The notes under the pieces are model-generated. The model saw only the letters and a list, made by a program, of their open reading frames with translations, was not told the origin of the DNA and made no database searches. This document shows, piece by piece, positions 63,781 through 64,000 of a stretch of DNA of 64,000 bases. The translations under genes were made by a program, and so were the position numbers. Each line of letters begins with the position of its first letter. The first letter of the stretch is position 1. The stretch is from Mobula hypostoma. Its lineage: Eukaryota. The stretch covers positions 235,168,001 to 235,232,000 of the forward strand of contig NC_086097.1 in the NCBI RefSeq assembly GCF_963921235.1, written 5' to 3'.

Positions 63781-64000
63781 CTAGGAATTGAACCTGGGTC
63801 ACTGGCACTGTAACAGCATTACGCTAATGACTACACTACACAGTTTTTTTGCATATTTCTATAAATATATGGTATTGCTGTGCAGGACACGATGAATTAA
63901 AATGCTTCATCTTTAATTCAGAGACGTGTGTACTACCGAGATGTAGGCATCTTGGAATTCCAGAAAAACAGCTTTTCCAGTCACTAAAAATTCAGGTGCT

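Overview
Eukaryotic, repeat-dense window of vertebrate genomic DNA. The repeat mix (many CR1 and Rex1/Babar LINEs, HE1-like V-SINEs, Penelope derivatives) suggests a cartilaginous fish, probably a ray; this is an inference. All long ORFs are retroelement-derived, and I recognised no host gene, rRNA, true tRNA or CRISPR. One 84-nt candidate host exon lies at 12956-13039. Main elements: a near full-length CR1 (about 7700-11830, +); a long 5'-truncated CR1 (17653-20497, -); a young complete Mag-like Ty3/Gypsy element (26344-30737, 229-bp LTRs, GTCTC TSD); an older Tf1/sushi chromovirus (36497-42053) carrying a foreign solo LTR; a decayed BEL/Pao remnant; three solo LTRs; RTE-type elements; tiny Tc1-like MITEs; and Penelope fragments with hammerhead motifs. 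Best lead: neither complete Gypsy element has a tRNA primer site, and both have a sequence 1 nt after the 5' LTR that is complementary to their own LTR. In the sushi element this is the known 11-nt self-priming arrangement. In the Mag-like element the partner is the AATAAA poly(A) signal itself, and its RT reads YLDN instead of YLDD. Coordinates of old decayed repeats are approximate.
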